Below, in pieces: positions 11,265 through 23,259 of a DNA stretch of 64,000 bases. The stretch lies in assembly GCF_016433145.1 (NCBI RefSeq), contig NC_058130.1, positions 165,682,703 through 165,746,702 on the forward strand. Reading direction: 5' to 3'. Made by a program: the position numbers and the translations under genes. Origin of the DNA: Gracilinanus agilis (lineage: Eukaryota). The notes beneath the pieces are model-generated. The model saw only the letters and a list, made by a program, of their open reading frames with translations, made no database searches and was not told the origin of the DNA. Position 1 is the stretch's first letter, and each line of letters begins with the position of its first letter.

Positions 11265-11872
11265 TGTGAGAAAACTTTAATTGTTTGAACATAGTCTTGG
11301 GTGACTGAGAAGCTGGACCACCTCTACCTGTTGCTTAGAGATCCTTGATTAGGAATCTAGGATATGTTGACCAGAAATCCAGTCAGATCCAAAGACTCTT
11401 GCAGGTAGTTTTCTCTAATTATATATCTCAGGCAACCCAAATGTCATCTGAAGAATGGTACTGGTCAGTTATTGTTTTCATGTTCTTTTGATGGAATACA
11501 GAATATAGACACTGGGGGGAGGGAGGGAGATACCTCTTTTTGTGATTTCAGAGAATTGTATTTGCCCATTCTCCCCACACTGATTCTCAAAACTCACTAA
11601 TCTCACTCTTGACTCAGAAATCCCCTAATCCTCTTCCTCTAATTAGGAATCATATTACCTAATTCTGAATCTTGTTTTCTACCCTGTTGTTTTATTTGGT
11701 CTTATTTGATTACTTTTAATAAAAATGTCTCCCTTGTTTTTGGGGTCCATGTCGAGTTAAAGAATGCCGAGTCTCAATTTGTTCTGCAATTGGCATGGTT
11801 TACTTAATAAATCAATATGCTCAGAAGCTCAAACCTTTGTTTCCTCAGTCATTTCAGATTTCACTAGCAACT
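11265..11872 (+). mobile_element. Solo LTR (family shared with 26062-26657 and 34033-34635), interrupting an L1
   Basis: Shared blocks tgaccagaaa and ttaataaatcaatatgctcagaag with the other two copies; AATAAA near the 3' end. Confidence 0.7.
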
Positions 11873-11874
11873 AC

Positions 11875-13010
11875 TTCTTGTGCTAAGCTATTAATTTCTT
11901 TCAAATTCTTTTTCCCATAGCTCTCACTTCTTTCTCAATATTTTTCTAGCACTTATTTCATTTATTAAAAATATTTTAACTTTCAAAAACTCTTGCCTCA
12001 TCTTTCAGGAATTCTAGTTGAACTTGTGCTCAAGTTGTGTTTTTCTTTGAGACTTTGCTTGTAGATATTTTGGGGTTATTCTCTTCTTTTGGGCTAGGGA
12101 CCCTATCACCATAATAGCTTTTTATGGTGGTTTCTTTTGTTTGTTTGCTCATACTTTCAACCCATTTTATGACTTCAGCCTTTATGTTAGGCCCAGGCTT
12201 TGTGCACTTCTGGAGGGAATGTCTGGGATAGTCCTGCTGTTTACTTTGGGTATTGGGTGTGGTGTTATTCCAAGACCTCAAGCAAGGGACCTGCAAGCTT
12301 TCAGTGCTCCCAAAGAAGCCTAATTCAGGGCAAAGTCAAATTTTTGCCTTCCTGATATAAGCCCTGTAAATTCCTGATCTGAGTTTGGGTCTGAGCAATA
12401 TGTCTGTGCTCTTGGCTCCAGTAGGAAATCCTGTAGACTGCCACTAGAGCCAGACAGAAAGCTCTTCTGATTTAGGTACAGAATTGCAGATTTCTCTTTT
12501 GGTCTAGGATTCTTGCCCTGTTATTTCACTGAAGGAAATTAGGATTGAGAACCCACTCTCCTGTGGCTAGAAAAGAGCTGCTTCTTGCTTCTAAATTTTC
12601 TTCCTGCTTGTTTGGCTAAGGTTTGAGATCCTTGCTCACCTTGGAATGCTACCCCTGGGCACAGGTCCTCTCCTCAGTGCTGGAGCTGCTATTTGACATC
12701 TATTCCTGGATCCTGCACAATGTTGGGACCCCTCTTTAAGAGGATGTGAAACTCTTCTTACCTAGGTGTGTAATTCAATGCTGCTGTTCCTGCCTAGATT
12801 TCCATTCCCAGTGACTAGATTTCTCTTGTCAAGTCATGTGGATTTGGGCTATAAAAATGACATGTGGGTTTTCCCCCCTTAGATTTCCTGATCAAGACTT
12901 GTCTTGTGCATTTTCTTGATCTGTTTGGAGATTTTTGTGAGGGGGAGCTCAGCTGTAATCCTCCTACTTTCTTAAGCTTCTCAGTAATGTTTCTTTTTTT
13001 GGTACAGACC
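11875..13010 (-). mobile_element. Degraded L1 5'UTR/ORF1 fragment
   Basis: Minus-strand translation MSKQTKETTIKSYYGDRVPSPKEENNPKISTSKVSKKN resembles a marsupial L1 ORF1p N-terminus; continues at about 11030-11255 beyond the LTR. Confidence 0.65.
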
Positions 13011-13904
13011 CCCACCCAGGAATATCAGAATTTGGTTCACATCTGCACATCTATAGAAACAATAGGAAGGGGTCCTTAGCTCCTAAGCAAACATGAAGGC
13101 TAAAGGATACTGAATATGGCAAGCATATATAAGTGCTCATAGAGTAAAAATTATTCTCTTTCTCATTCAGGTGAGTCCCACCTCCCTCAGGGGTCCAAAT
13201 ACTTGCCTCTGAATTTACCATACCATCAAGGGTGCTGCCCTGACCAATGGGAAATCACTTGGGCTTTTTAAAAAAATCAAGTATCTCCAATAAGTCCCAC
13301 CTCTACCAAGGACCTATGTAATTAAGATTTCTAGTGACATCTCCTGGAAAGCTTAATATTAATTTTATTATATATACTACTATACATTTAGTATTAACTT
13401 CTTCATATACTGAGATATTAAGTGAACTCCAGAATCACTGTAAATAATATCCTCTGATACCCAAGATTAGACCATTTCTCATCTTGACAAAGGTTACATT
13501 AATGAGAAGGCAAGGGGTTAACATCCATATTAATCTTAATAAGGAATTGATATGTCAATTAGACCAAGTATAAATCATACCACCTTCTTTTTACCAGGGA
13601 ATTGGGCTTAAAATTCTGAACAACAAATGTCTGTTTGGACAAAGTCAATGTAGGAATTTATTTTACTGAACTAACCATACTTAATGTGAGCTTTTGAAAA
13701 ATTGTACCATGGCAAGAGAATAGTGATAATTGCAAGAGAGGTAATAAATGCTTGCAAAAAAAAAGTTTATGAATTGAAACAATAAGTTCATCTCCTAAGG
13801 AATCTCACAAACTTTGACAGTAGAGAAATTCTAGAGGCCCTTATCAGGTTTCTCTTTGGATATACCCTACATCTGGAAAGTATGAGGGGAGTTATGATAA
13901 GATC

Positions 13905-14620
13905 TTAACCTGGGGTCCACAGACGTTGAGATCCATGGATAGCTTTCAGGGGGGTCTGTGAAATTACACAGGAAAAAAAGATTATATCTAAATTTTCATT
14001 AACCCTTAACTAAAACTTAGCATGGTCCTTATCTTCTTCTGAGAAAGGGGTCTATGGACTTTAGCAGATTGCCTAAAGGGTCTATGACCCTCTGGCCAAA
14101 AATTCCTGTTCTAGGTTATTTCTAAGGTATCTTCCAATTCTATTTTCCATGATTCTATTGGTGTTTTGGCTTATTTTCCTCCCAAATTACATGCTTCCTA
14201 AAAGTTAATACTATATCTCATCTGAACTATGCATCTTCCTCAGTACCTAATCTAGTAAAATCTATATAAAGTGCTCAATTAAATACTGGTTAAATTGTAA
14301 TGAAAACTTTTAATGCTTTTCCCACTACCTTCTGCACCAACCCCAAACCCATTTTCCTAGATTTCAAAACTTTAAAATAGGAGTATCATAGATCTCAGTA
14401 AAATTTATGGACTCAGTTTCAGAATAATGTTTTTAAATCATTGAAGAAAATGCTAAATTTCAGTTAGCCGGCAGCGAAAACAAGGAGGTAGTTTGGCTCC
14501 CCCCTCCCCCCCCAATCAAAGTTTATAGACATCCTTAAATCTCTCCACAAACCCCTTAGGAGGGAAGGAGGATGTATCTTTGGATCTCAGGTTAAGAATG
14601 TTTATGAATCTGTCTGGCCC
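13905..14620. mobile_element. Two old Charlie-type hAT DNA transposon fossils
   Basis: Ends resembling cttaacctggggtcc and caggttaagaat, plus aaatgctaaatttcagttag; related pieces at about 19055-19225 and 53810-54000. Confidence 0.5.
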
Positions 14621-15546
14621 AGGTTTCAATTGTATTTATTTTTTTTTTAACCCTTTCTGTCTTAGAATTGATACTAAGTGCAAGTAAATGGTGAGGCCTA
14701 AGCAATTAGGGTTAAGTGACTTACCCAGATTGACACAGCTAGGAAATTTCTGAGGCCAGATTTGATACCATAAAACTATCAAGGTAGAGCCTTGCAGGAG
14801 CATCTAGTCCAATCCTCCAATTTTACAGATGAGAAAACAAGCCAGTGAGGAAAAATGATGTTGCTCCAAGATGCACAGCAAATGAGATGGAATATGGACC
14901 TAGACCTCTAGAACTACAAATCCTCTATTCTTTCCATCGCATTAAACTGCACAGAGAGAAAACTTGATTCTGCCCAAAGGAGGGATGAATGGAGTATGAC
15001 GGCTGTGTCCAAGGATTTAAAGGCATCTCATAAAAACCGGATTAGATTTCAGTTCAGCAAGTTAGAGGGATTGTTTCTGCCCATTAAGGACACCCTCTCC
15101 ACCTCTCCAAAGTTGTCTGAAAACGAACTTAGTGACTTTTTGGTTGGTGAGGCAAAAGTATTCATCCGGAAGATGGATGTCACTTGTCAGGAGATCCACA
15201 GAAGCCAGTTAATGGGAAATGACTAAGGTTCCCCGAGTGGGCAGCTGGACAAAAGGCCTAGACCTCAGCCCTCTTAGAGGGGTACACTACCACCTTATGG
15301 CCAGAGGTTGTCACTACAAGCCTCAATGGCAACCTCACAGGAACTTTGCTTATTTTTACTGCAGGCATTTCTGGCGGGATGAAAAAAGGGCTGGAAGGAT
15401 GGAGAGAAATCACAGCCCTTGAAAAGCAGATGAAATCTCCCGTACCTTGGTAGTGGAAACCCTCCGAGCTAAAATGGCTTGGCTAATGTCAGGCCGAGGG
15501 CCGCTGCCTTCCCCAACAGAAAGAGACAAGGAATATTCAAGAAATA

Positions 15547-15552
15547 TTTATT
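15547..15552 (-). terminator. Likely SIGMAR1 polyadenylation signal (AATAAA)
   Basis: First minus-strand AATAAA I found after the stop codon, followed by a U/GU-rich tract (ttccttgtctctttctgttg); implies a 3'UTR of about 1.7 kb. Confidence 0.6.
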
Positions 15553-17257
15553 GAGGCTGAGACAGACCGAAAAACGGAGGGATTCTGGAGAGAAGCTGCT
15601 TTAAGGGCAGTAGGAAGGGTCCGAGGGGGCCTTGGATACCACCCTCCGTCAGATAACAGCTGAAGCCAAGAACCTTTGAATATCCAGGGATCTCGGAGGA
15701 AAGACAACTCTATCACCCTGAGGTGGAGGAACCAGGGGGCAGCCTGGGGAGCCAAGGTCCAAAGGGACAGAAATGCTAGGATCCTGGATTTCCTAATGAT
15801 GGTGGCAGAGGGAAGCCCAACTGTCCTAAGGCTGGGCAGCTGAAGCCAAAAAGGAGCCTCACTGCTAAACGGGAGGATTCAAACACAGCACCAGACTCTG
15901 AATCAAAAGACCTAGTCTGAGATCTCAGTAAAGTGGTGGATGCTTACTACCTGGGTGCCCAAAGAGAAGTCCATTTCAGGTATGAGCCCAACTCATGCAG
16001 AAAATGGAGATAATACAAGGGGTCCCCAAAATCTTCATGCACCTTAACTTAAAAGCCCACCAAGAGTTTTGGGACACCTGGTACTTCTTAATAGACAGGT
16101 CCTACCTGACAGGACCACTAAGGAAAGCCTTTTGCAAGCTTCCAAGCCCTGGATAAAATGTTTGGCGTTAATGGGATTGGGGCTGGATTTGGCCACTCCA
16201 ATCTCTCTCCTAATCACACCTAGCAAGGGACACAGGACATGACACTCTTTGCCAATCTCTTCTTTTCTCTGTGGCAGGATGGCCATCTCCATGAGGAGTC
16301 CCATTCTGATTCCCTAGATCCACAGTGATCTTTCCATCCTCCTTCTATTGCTAAACCTGAACTACATCACTTGGTGTAGAATTATAGTTTAGTATATCTC
16401 TGTATGAAAGCTTGAGCCAAGTCACCAGTTCTCTAGCCTAGGCTGCCCCAGGGACAAAGGAAGGTGGGCTGAGCTAACTTCTCAAAGTTCCCTGGAGTTG
16501 CAGGGTTCTCTGAACTTCTACTCATCCTGCAGTTAGATTAGGACTCAGAGGCCATCTATTCATCAGCCTGCATGGTCTTGGGAGGTTGTGGTTTCTTAAC
16601 CTGCCTGGGAATTCTCTTTGAGTCTCCATGCTGGGCTGCACACAAAGGATATGGGGTGTGCCTGCCCAGAAAGATCTAACCCAAGTGTGATTCAATCAGA
16701 AAAAGCTCAGCCCTTTCTCTGCCATCCCACAGCCTGGGAGACAGCCTGAATTCTTGTTGGTAGCACTTTAGGGCCTCCTCCCCCTCCAGGGCTCTGAAAA
16801 GAAAGGTGAGGGGGTGGTGGGAATCTACGAGGGAGGGGAGAGCCATATGATTGGTAGCACCCACCTGGAAGGCAGGAGGAGAAGGGATACAGGGATGGGA
16901 AGGAAGGGATAGGCCACTGGTCCCCTTTGCATAGCCAGGATAGGGAGCTAGACATATAAGGCGTCTGGTGAGGGGGAAGAGTGGGAGTTATCACAGTTCC
17001 AAACTGGGGTTCGGGGCACACTTCAGGAATGACGCCTCCACTACTCCCCCAAAGTGCTGCCCAGAGAGTAGACTTGGGGTCATTTCAGGAACCCACTACC
17101 AGGTCTGAGTGCATGCCCCAGGACCACCCTGCCGAGTTCTGGCCTGCCTCTGTGTCCGGCCAGGAGCATCTCTGACCATCTCCATCTCACACAGAGGCAG
17201 GCTGCCCTCGCTAGTTCTGGGCAGGGAAAGGGGTGTCCGTTGTGGGGAGGGGGAAGG

Positions 17258-17484
17258 TCAGTGTCCCTGGCTGGAGAGGTAGGTGGAAAGCTCCAGACAC
17301 AGTGCCCTGGTATAGGCCCGGAGAGTGTAGAAGAGCGTGAGGAAGTCCTGGGTGCTGAAGAATGTGTCAGCCAGTGCAAAGCCCAAGGTGGAAGGGATGA
17401 AGCCCCGGCCATATTCCACCATCCACGTGCCAGCCCCCCACTGCACCGCCGTGGCCTCCCCTGGCCCATGAACAATGGTGTCTC
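17258..17484 (-). CDS. SIGMAR1: SIGMAR1 exon 4 (coding part, with stop)
   Basis: ctctag|GA; [74 protein letters not shown]; ligand-binding Glu (human E172) present. Confidence 0.97.
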
Positions 17485-17648
17485 CTAGAGGTGAAGAGGA
17501 CAGAAGAGTAAAGAGGGAGTGAGGGGGGCCAGGATAGTGCTCCCCTGAAATCTAACCATTCGCCTTAACCACCAACATTCTCATCTGAGCCTCCGAAGCC
17601 TTTTCAGCTTAACTGGCTGCCAGTGGGGAGTCCCCAACCCTCACACAC

Positions 17649-17741
17649 CTGGGTAGTAAACTTCACTCTTGGTCGTCCCCTCCCTCCACTGGCGGAAGGT
17701 TCCAGAGATGATTGTGTCCGAGATTTCAGCCCAGTACCGTC
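17649..17741 (-). CDS. SIGMAR1: SIGMAR1 exon 3
   Basis: 93 nt, phase 1-1; [31 protein letters not shown]. Confidence 0.97.
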
Positions 17742-18030
17742 CTGGGGAGAGAGAGAGGAAGATCAGCAGGATGAAATCTAGCACCGTCCATTCTTGGAAC
17801 AGACACGTGGTCCTGGGAAGGGGGGAGATGGATGAAGGAAGGAGGGACTAACAGCTCCCCCTGAAACAACGGGTCTGGGCAAAAAAGGGGCAGGGTCCAC
17901 CTTTCCTCACTGCCCCCTCCCGGGTCCATCTCCACCCCAGGTCATCATTGCAGCTACTACTGGGTATCTGTGGCGTCCCTCCCCTGTCCCCTCTCTAGCC
18001 CACTCCTCCCTAACCAAGGTCCAAACTGAC

Positions 18031-18231
18031 CAGAGTGGCCCCCAGTGTCGATGGCTGTGCCGAAGAGCAGCACGTACTCGGAGAGTGAAGCATGCAAGAG
18101 GCACATGGAGCCCATCCACCCGCCGGCGTTCACAAACACCCACTGCAGCTCCTCATCTGCCAAGATGTGGCCTGGGTGCAGCCGCCGGAGCTCCACGATG
18201 AGGCGAGAAAAGGCCAGCTCATGATCGAGGC
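18031..18231 (-). CDS. SIGMAR1: SIGMAR1 exon 2
   Basis: 201 nt; [67 protein letters not shown]. Confidence 0.97.
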
Positions 18232-20390
18232 CTGGGGTGAATGGACATGTGGTGGAGGGAGAAGCAAGGTGGGTCAGAGGATTGGTCAGACCCTCAGGGC
18301 TAGATATTCCCCTCTACCCCCCAGAAAACACACTTGCCCCATGGGGTGGGAGGGCAGGAATAGATCCTAACCACTCCCTACACACACACACACACAGACT
18401 CTTTAGCTCCAAGTATCCCTTCTCTGCCAGGACACACACAATCCCTACAAGGCCAGGACTTCCTCTCAAATCCAAGGCGGAGCCCAGGATTTGGAGCCAC
18501 AGATATGGTCAACTCAGTTCCCTTGTTTTACCAATGCCAAAGGCCAGGTTTATCTTCTTCCGACCCTCAGCTATTTTTGGGAGAAGAATCTGTGCCCCTC
18601 AGAGCATAGTATGTGTGCTCTTTGTGTGTATATGTGTGGGAGGGAATCAGGGGTCAAGAGTCATATGGATCAAAGTATTTTGTGTTGAAAGGAACCTAGA
18701 GATCATTTAGTCCAAACCCTTCATTTTTTTTTAACTCCTCCTTTCCCTTTTAGAATCAATACTGTGTATTGGTTCCAAGGCAAAAGAGTGGTATGGACTA
18801 GGAAATGAGTTAAGTGATTTGTTCAGGTCACATAGCTAGGAAGAATCTGAGGTTGCATTTGAACCTAAAATCTCCCATGAATAAGTCTGACTCTACTGAG
18901 CTACCTGGTCATCCCCCAAACCTTTCATTTTACAAATGTGGAAACTGAAGTTCAGGGAGCTGACAGGACTTCTCAATACTCATACAGGTAATTACAGAGC
19001 TGGCAGGGAATTCTAAGACTGTCTACTAGGAGTAATAGACTGCCTACTGGGAGTAATAGACTCCCTTTGACAATCTGGTGAAACCTAAAGACTCCTCAAT
19101 ATTTTTAAAAGCACAAAATAAAACAAGGAGAATTACAAAGAAAACCAAATATACTGAAATCCAGTTATCAAAAAATAAAAAAAATCAACAATAAGTTTAT
19201 GATCCTCAGGTTAAGAATCCCTTCCTACTGGACCTGTATATACAATCCCAAAAGTAGCTCTATAGTGAAGTGGATAGAGCTGGACCAAAAAAGATGAGTT
19301 CAAATCCTGCCCCAGATAACAGTAAGACACTGGGCAAGTTATTTAACCTGCCCGCTTCAGTTTCCCCATTTGTAAAAATGGGGATAATACCACTTACCTC
19401 CTCATAGCTAGTTAGCTATAAGGATAAAATGAGATAAAATTTATAAATAGTTTAGCACAGTGCTGGGCACATGGGAGGCCTTCTACCTTTCCAAGACCTG
19501 ACCACCTTTTGGGGTAAGGTGCCATCATAGATCCAGGTTGTTTCTTTCCATACATAGGGCCTTGGGTGACATCACTTACTAGTTTGTTTAGCCCTGGCAC
19601 ATAGTAGGTGCTAAGTAAATGTTTATTGATTGAGTAGTACAATAAAGGACAACACAGAATTAGGAGTCATTGACATCATAGGATCACAAATTAGAGCTGG
19701 GAGGTACCTAAGAGACCAGAAATTCCAACCTACTCATTTTAGGAAGAGTTTAAGTGACTTGCCCTGGGTCACACAGCAGAATTCAAACTCGGGTCTTCCT
19801 TCCTCCAAATTCAGCATTTGTCACCCAGATGCCCAGTCAGTTGTCCAGGTTTCAGGTAACAAGACGGCTTCTGCCTACCCGGGTGACCTTGGGCAAATCA
19901 CTGAATCTCTTTCGGTCCTGGTTTCCTCTATTTGTAAAATGAGGAGTATGGGCTGAATGGTCCTTTAGGTTCCCTCCAAACTCTAAGTCTTCTGACCTCA
20001 GCATTCTCAATCCTCCCCCACAAACACATACACAAGGAAGCCAAAGGGGCACAGACTCCTCCCCCAAAGATACGCACCCCGGTGGGGGAGGGGAGGGATG
20101 GAAGAGGGACTCCAGACCCTCTTGGGGAACGCGGCTCCTTTCCCTAATCCAAACCTCCCACGATTCTACATGCTCCCCTGGTGCAGCTTGGGGCTGCTGC
20201 CCCTCTCCCTGATTCCCCCTTTAACACTATCTTGGGTGAGGGGGCGGGGTCTCAGCGCGTACAGAGGAGTGCCCCAGCAGCCGGGTCGCTTTTCAGGAAT
20301 CCTTCTGCTCTTTTCAACCCTGCAAACCCCGACAAAGGTGCAGGGTGCCCTCCCAGGTGCACCTTGCCTCGTGCCCCCGCCCGCGCTTAC

Positions 20391-20541
20391 CGGCGTACTG
20401 GCGTGCCAGCTGCGCGATCTCCTCGCGCTGGAAGACGAAGCGCTTGGAGTTCAGCCAGATGCGGATACCCTGCAGTAGCACCGCCACGGCGGCCAGCACT
20501 ACAGCCACTCGCAGGGCACGCGAGCTCTTCGTCCACTTCAT
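20391..20541 (-). CDS. SIGMAR1: SIGMAR1 exon 1 (start, TM helix)
   Basis: ATG at 20541, donor G|gtaagc; MKWTKSSRALRVAVVLAAVAVLLQGIRIWLNSKRFVFQREEIAQLARQYAG. Four exons sum to 672 nt = 223 aa plus stop. Confidence 0.96.
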
Positions 20542-21300
20542 CCCGGCGCTCCCGGGACGAGGGAGCAGAGAGAGCTCCCGGGAGGACGAAACGGCTTTGG
20601 GCTGCGCGAGTCTGGGCCGGGATAGGTTAGGATAAGCACGGCACCGCGCACGCGCGCGGCCTTGGGGCCTTGGGGTGGGGATAGTGGTAAGAGTGGGAGT
20701 GGGAAAGGATTGGAAAAGCGGCAACGAGGAACCGCAGAAAGCGCCTCCACCTGCCCGGGAGCCCAGCCAACGTCACTCAGCCCTTCCCACTGCCGTTGTC
20801 ACGCTATGGTACGTCCAGTCTCCGCCAATCAGGAGAGGGCGTATCTCTAGGCTCTGCCTCCTCGGATTGACCCATTCTCGAGGTACGGGGGAGGGTAAGG
20901 GAGCTAAATGGCTTGGGACTGAGGGGCGTGTTTGGAAGGCGGGGACGCGTTTACAGAAAATTTAGGCGTCTGTTTGCTTCATCTAATCCGTATTTGAGCC
21001 AGAGTACCCTCTGTAATGTAACAGATTTGGGGTGATTCCGGCTGTGAAATCCTGCACCTTTTGGTCACCGCCATTTGCAACCTGCAGTCTGGGAGTCCCG
21101 CCACCATCCGCCTTGTCTGATCCTACTCCTAAATAGGCAGCTAGATGGCGCAGGGGAGAGATGGCGGGGCTGGAGTTCAAATTCGATTGTGGACGCTTAC
21201 TAGCAGGGTGACGGTGGGCAAGTCACTTAACCCTGTTTGCCTCGGTTTTTTCATCTGTAAAATGATCCGGAGAAGGAAAAGGCTTGAGAGTGACAATTAG
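20540..21300 (-). promoter_or_regulatory. SIGMAR1 CpG-island promoter
   Basis: CpG-rich; CCAAT at 20825-20829; GC-box-like ggggcgtg; YY1-type CCGCCATTT at 21068-21076. Confidence 0.75.
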
Positions 21301-21636
21301 GAGAAAGCCACATCATCTGTGGACTGGCAGAGTTCTATTAGCAAAACTCACTTTCTTCTTTGCATGACTTTCTTCTTTAAATGTGCACTTTGCAAAACTC
21401 ATATTCATCTTTGAATAACTCTTCATCCCACTACCTTTAATAGCTGTTTCCAGTCTTCCATGAAGGGCATGAGATCTGGACATTGCAACTGAACCTCTTC
21501 CACTGTTGCTAAGTACCTCTGTGAGGATTATAAAAGCTTCAGTGTAGTTTTCTTGGCAATGGTGTTAGCTAGCCTTCAGGGGAATGATGGGATCTAAATA
21601 TCAAGGGAACCAGGAGAGATGAATGCAATTGGGAAA

Positions 21637-22095
21637 ATGACCTTATCAATAGATGCAGGAAAAGTCTTTGACAAAATACAACACCCATTTCTTTTAAAAT
21701 AAAATAAAATAAAACACTAGAAAGCATAGGTATAAATAGATTTTTTTTCTTAAAATGGTACTGTCTACCTAAAACCATCAGCAGTTGGTAATGATGAGGA
21801 GCTAGGAGCTTTCTCAATAAGATCAGGAGTGAAATAAGGATGCCTCTCATCACCAATATTATTTAACATTAGCAATGCTAGCAATAGTAATAAAAGAAAA
21901 AATTGAAGGAATCAGAATGGGCAAAGGTGATAAAACTATCTCTGCAGCCTACATGATGGTATTTGTGGAAAATCCTAGAAATTCAATTTAAAAGTTAGTT
22001 GAAACTATCAAAGTATCAGGATATAAAATAAGCCCACAATCATCAGCATTTTTATTTATTACTAACAAAGTCCAGCAAGAAAAAATAAGAGTATC
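21637..22095 (+). mobile_element. Degraded L1 ORF2 reverse-transcriptase fragment
   Basis: Translates MTLSIDAGKVFDKIQHPF and GVK*GCLSSPILFNI, equivalent to L1 SIDAEKAFDKIQHPF and GTRQGCPLSPLLFNI. Confidence 0.88.
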
Positions 22096-22586
22096 ATGGT
22101 GCTTGGACAGCAGGACCGAGTAACAGGACCCAGGGCACAAGAGGACTAAGAGAGAATCCCTTTCTCTCCAAACCTCTGGGATGGGCATGAAAGGGATCTC
22201 AGGGGACAGAACACTGACTGGAAGATAAAGGCCTGTAGCCCTAATACCTGGAGTTCAATACCCCCCATCTTGAGGATGGGAGAGGGGGAAGGTAGGGCTC
22301 TAACATGCATTCTCCATGAGGAGGAATGAGGCCTGTGGACACACAGCCAGGCTAGGTCAAGAACATTGGGTGATGAAATCCTAGCAGGGGCTCACCAGAT
22401 CTGGGAGGCTGTCCACAAAGGGAGAATTGGGGGAAGGAACAGGTGCTGGGGTGGGAGCCTGAGGGAGGAAGGACTAGGCCAGAATGTAGGTGGGCAGGAG
22501 TGTTGGGAGCAGAGAAGTTGGAGGGGCAGGACCTGGCACAGGGGAGTCACACAGAACACTGGAACAGAAGCCAGTGAGTTCTCAAA

Positions 22587-22588
<2 letters not shown>

Positions 22589-22634
<46 letters not shown>
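22589..22634. repeat. (CA)23 microsatellite
   Basis: Counted directly from the sequence. Confidence 0.95.
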
Positions 22635-22636
<2 letters not shown>

Positions 22637-23183
22637 ATCATCGACAGGATACTTCCAAAGACACTGATGATGCTGGCTAGGACCCCTAGAAGTGGGACCC
22701 AGGAACAGAGGGGCCCTTCCCTATTGTTTTCAGCTAGCCAGGCTCTGCTGCCCTGACTTCCCCTTTCATGCTGGGCGGCCGGCCTGCTCTGTCCCTTTGG
22801 CCTCAAGTCACCCCTTCTGTCCCCTTCTGGAAAGCCAAGCTGACTTGAAACAGAGATGATGTTCCTGGGGTGGGCTGGAGGTATGGGGTTGAACTAACCC
22901 ATGGGTACCCCTCACCAACTCTATGTCCTGTATCTAGATGCTATATATTCTCTTGTAAGGAAACTCATTTAGATTTGGTGGTCTCTAGGAGATAACTTCC
23001 TTCAATAGTCCAGTCTATTTTCTACCCCTTCTCCCTCCCAGGGACAGTTTGCAAAAGGCAAATCACCAGTATTTATAGACTGTCCCACAATGCTTTTGCA
23101 ATTTCACCATGACCTGGAGCACAATGAGTAGCTGAATTATCTTTTATATGCTATCTCTCAATAACCTGTCATAGGAAGTGAGG

Positions 23184-23259
23184 TACTGCCAGGATGGTTG
23201 GCAGAACAACTGGTAGAGAAGCCAAAACTACCAGTTGTTTTCCCAACCATCCTGCAGTA
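23184..23259. other. 76-nt near-perfect inverted repeat (pre-miRNA-like hairpin)
   Basis: Arms 23184-23216 and 23228-23259: 30 WC pairs, 1 G-U, 1 mismatch, 1 bulge, 11-nt loop. Confidence 0.85.

Noticed and set aside
19021-19065. 21-nt imperfect tandem duplication (ctact(a/g)ggagtaatagact)
   Set aside because: Only two units at a transposon junction; no spacer structure, not CRISPR-like.
20542-20724. ORF-track extension upstream of the SIGMAR1 Met
   Set aside because: Non-ATG start in GC-rich 5'UTR; the ATG at 20541 already gives the canonical 223-aa length.
22365-22470. RTGATGA box-C-like motif (also near 24590)
   Set aside because: No convincing box D with terminal stem; intergenic LTR-like context rather than a host intron.
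22366-22806. ORFs containing HTHTHT or CVCVCV
   Set aside because: Products of the (CA)23 repeat.
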